A stretch of DNA of 64,000 bases from Leptolyngbyaceae cyanobacterium. GTDB lineage: Bacteria > Cyanobacteriota > Cyanobacteriia > Phormidesmidales > Phormidesmidaceae. Positions 61,733-64,000 of the stretch are shown here, one piece after another. The notes under the pieces are model-generated. The model saw only the letters and a program-made list of their open reading frames with translations, was not told the origin of the DNA and searched no databases. The translations under genes and the position numbers were made by a program. The stretch lies in contig CBDHHL010000056.1 of the NCBI GenBank assembly GCA_965263355.1, positions 1,568,001 to 1,632,000 of the forward strand. The letters are read 5' to 3'. Position 1 is the stretch's first letter. Each line of letters opens with the position of its first letter.

Positions 61733-62245
61733 ATGCAGTGTCCCTTCTGCCAGCATCCCAGCAATCGCGTTCTAGAGTCTAGATCGGCTGAATCCGGTCG
61801 TAGTATTCGTCGTCGTCGGGAGTGCCTAAAGTGCCATGGCCGATTTACCACCTATGAGCGCATTGAATATGTGCCCATCACTGTGATCAAGCGTAACGAT
61901 GACCGGGAACTGTTTAATCGCTCAAAGCTTTTGAGAGGGATTGTTAGAGCCTGTGAAAAAACGGGTCTTGAGCCCGCTCGCCTGGAAAATATAGTTGACA
62001 ACATTGAGGCCGATTTACAGCAACGTTCTAGCCGAGAAATTGCCAGTGCGGATATTGGGGAGCTGGTTTTGCAACAGCTTCAACCCTTAAATGAAGTTGC
62101 CTATGTCCGCTTTGCATCCGTCTATCGGCAATTTACTGGTATTCGAGATTTTGCCGACACCCTGAGTCATCTGCAATCTGCTGAAGCTGAGACCAAACCC
62201 TACATTACAAATGGCAATCGTAACGGCTCTACATTAATGGTCTAA
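61733..62245 (+). CDS. nrdR: transcriptional repressor NrdR
   Basis: [26 protein letters not shown] cone, [11 protein letters not shown]. Confidence 0.98.
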   Translation: MQCPFCQHPSNRVLESRSAESGRSIRRRRECLKCHGRFTTYERIEYVPITVIKRNDDRELFNRSKLLRGIVRACEKTGLEPARLENIVDNIEADLQQRSSREIASADIGELVLQQLQPLNEVAYVRFASVYRQFTGIRDFADTLSHLQSAEAETKPYITNGNRNGSTLMV

Positions 62246-62671
62246 GGGCGTCGGCAATTAATAATCTCTACCCGATTTTTTTTTGCGTTGACACTGCACT
62301 CAATCAATCCCGTAATATTCAGTGACAGTAAACCTAAATTCACTTATCATAAATAGTCTTGCGAAGGTTTGTGTATTTTGCTAATTTTCGGTACGGATCT
62401 CCGTGTCGCACGTTTTCGTGTGTTAGTATTACTTGCTTTGCAAGACTCTAAGTCCTGATCTTTATTCAGGTTCATGTCAGCGGCTGAGGCAGCATGATGC
62501 TTTACTCAACTTGACTGACTACTCAGAGTTACTTAGTAAAAGGTTAACGGTAGTGCATTTTAGATGATGCCCTTAGCCTTGTCTGAGATAAAATCTGGAT
62601 CAATGTAGGGGCGGCACACAGACCCACAACATGTCCACTCGATTATGGAGAAACCGTAGGAAACATATAGC

Positions 62672-63676
62672 ATGGTCAATCTTGAAACGACACAAGCCGA
62701 TATTGGTTTTACTCATGAAGATTTTGAAGCGTTATTAGATCAGTACGATTATCATTTCAGTCCCGGTGATATTGTTCCAGGGACAGTTTTTAGTATCGAG
62801 CCTCGGGGCGCTCTGATTGACATTGGTGCAAAAACCGCTGCTTATTTGCCCATCCAAGAGATGTCGATTAACCGTGTCGAAGCTGCTGATGAAGTGCTTC
62901 AGTCAAATGAGACTCGTGAGTTTTTCATCTTGACAGATGAAAATGAAGATGGCCAGTTAACTCTATCTATTCGTCGTATCGAGTACATGCGCGCATGGGA
63001 GCGGGTACGCCAGCTCCAGAATGAAGACGCTACTGTTCGTTCTGATGTGTTTGCAACCAACCGTGGTGGAGCCCTGGTTAGAATTGAAGGACTACGTGGC
63101 TTTATCCCTGGTTCCCACATCAGTACGCGTAAACCTAAAGAAGACCTGGTGGGTGAGGCACTTCCCCTCAAGTTTTTAGAAGTAGACGAGGAGCGTAATC
63201 GTCTAGTGCTGAGTCACCGCCGTGCCCTGGTTGAGCGCAAGATGAATGGTCTTCAGGTAGGCGAAGTTGTGATCGGCGCGGTGCGCGGTCTCAAACCCTA
63301 TGGTGCCTTTATTGATATTGGCGGTGTTAGTGGTCTGCTTCATATTTCTGAAATCTCCCACGACCACATTGATACGCCAAACACGGTGCTCAATGTGAAC
63401 GATGAAATTAAGGTTATGATTATTGACCTGGATGCTGAACGGGGTCGAATTTCACTATCGACCAAGCAGCTTGAGCCTGAGCCCGGTGATATGGTTAAAA
63501 ATCCTGACATCGTGTTTGAGAAAGCTGAAGAGATGGCTGAGCGTTATCGTCAGCAGTTATTGAAGGCAGCTGAGGCTGAAGCTGCTGAAGCTGAAGCTGA
63601 TGGTGAGGTCGATGGTGAGGCTGGTGAAGTGATTTACGAAGAAGATGAAATGACGGCTATGGCTGTGGCCGAATAG
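62672..63676 (+). CDS. rpsA: 30S ribosomal protein S1 (cyanobacterial three-domain type)
   Basis: S1 repeats GALIDIGAK, LRGFIPGSH, YGAFIDIGGVSGLLHISEIS. Confidence 0.97.
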   Translation: MVNLETTQADIGFTHEDFEALLDQYDYHFSPGDIVPGTVFSIEPRGALIDIGAKTAAYLPIQEMSINRVEAADEVLQSNETREFFILTDENEDGQLTLSIRRIEYMRAWERVRQLQNEDATVRSDVFATNRGGALVRIEGLRGFIPGSHISTRKPKEDLVGEALPLKFLEVDEERNRLVLSHRRALVERKMNGLQVGEVVIGAVRGLKPYGAFIDIGGVSGLLHISEISHDHIDTPNTVLNVNDEIKVMIIDLDAERGRISLSTKQLEPEPGDMVKNPDIVFEKAEEMAERYRQQLLKAAEAEAAEAEADGEVDGEAGEVIYEEDEMTAMAVAE

Positions 63677-63720
63677 TCGTTTCCAGGCTTGGACGTGGGA
63701 AAGTTTAATAGGTTTTATTG

Positions 63721-63749
63721 AAATGTGGGGCCTAAACCCCACATTTTTT
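63721..63749 (+). terminator. intrinsic terminator after rpsA
   Basis: aaatgtgggg cctaaa ccccacattt followed by a T run. Confidence 0.8.
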
Positions 63750-63771
63750 ATTGGTTATTTCGTCATGGCTG

Positions 63772-64000
63772 GTGGTTACTATTGCCTGTAACGATAAATT
63801 TTTTCAGGGCGTTGATGCGGTCTTTTTAGACAAAGACGGCACCCTGGCTGATGTTGCCAATTATTTAAATCAGTTGGGATATCTCCAGGCGCAGTTGATG
63901 GAGCAAGCGCTGCCTGGAACCTATGAGTTAATTCTAAAAGCCCTAGGGGTTACTCCTGAGGGGCTGATGGCATCAGGGCTATTAGCTGTGGGCAGTCGTC
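63772..64000 (+). CDS. HAD-family hydrolase, 5' part (runs off the window)
   Basis: Manual translation from GTG: VTIACNDKFFQGVDAVFLDKDGTLAD (DxDGT motif); frame open to the end. Confidence 0.85.
   Translation, partial: MVTIACNDKFFQGVDAVFLDKDGTLADVANYLNQLGYLQAQLMEQALPGTYELILKALGVTPEGLMASGLLAVGSR

Noticed and set aside
62246..62671. Long rpsA upstream region as an ncRNA
   Set aside because: No recognisable RNA family; compatible with an ordinary promoter and 5' UTR

Overview
Cyanobacterial chromosome segment, identified by frequent HIP1 octamers (GCGATCGC) and photosystem II genes (psbB, psbT, psbM); the gene content suggests a filamentous Leptolyngbya-like organism (inference). Housekeeping blocks (UPF0182, Ca/Na antiporter, cobH-like, glpX-hemA, msrB, MsbA-like ABC transporter, Ski2-like helicase, cobQ, psbM-ferredoxin-psbB-psbT-nrdR-rpsA) alternate with four accessory regions. 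(1) 0.5-12.4 kb: a haemagglutinin-like exoprotein and a TPR-CHAT protease converge on an operon of sigma-70-like factor, DUF1822, CHAT-CHASE2 and DUF928 that ends in a papain-fold toxin/immunity-like pair. (2) 26.9-33.9 kb: a candidate taurine/hypotaurine-conjugate cluster (DMT exporter, decarboxylase with the CSAD-type W-x19-S-x-Y motif, flavodoxin/ATP-grasp fusion, second ATP-grasp ligase, GNAT, cysteine dioxygenase). (3) 35-38.9 kb: a lipoxygenase, an atypical P450 and an unknown protein, a candidate oxylipin operon. (4) 39.9-47.4 kb: a RAYT transposase with REP/REPIN units, a 139-bp direct repeat bracketing two secreted repeat proteins, and recombination scars. All assignments come from motifs read by eye; no database searches were run.
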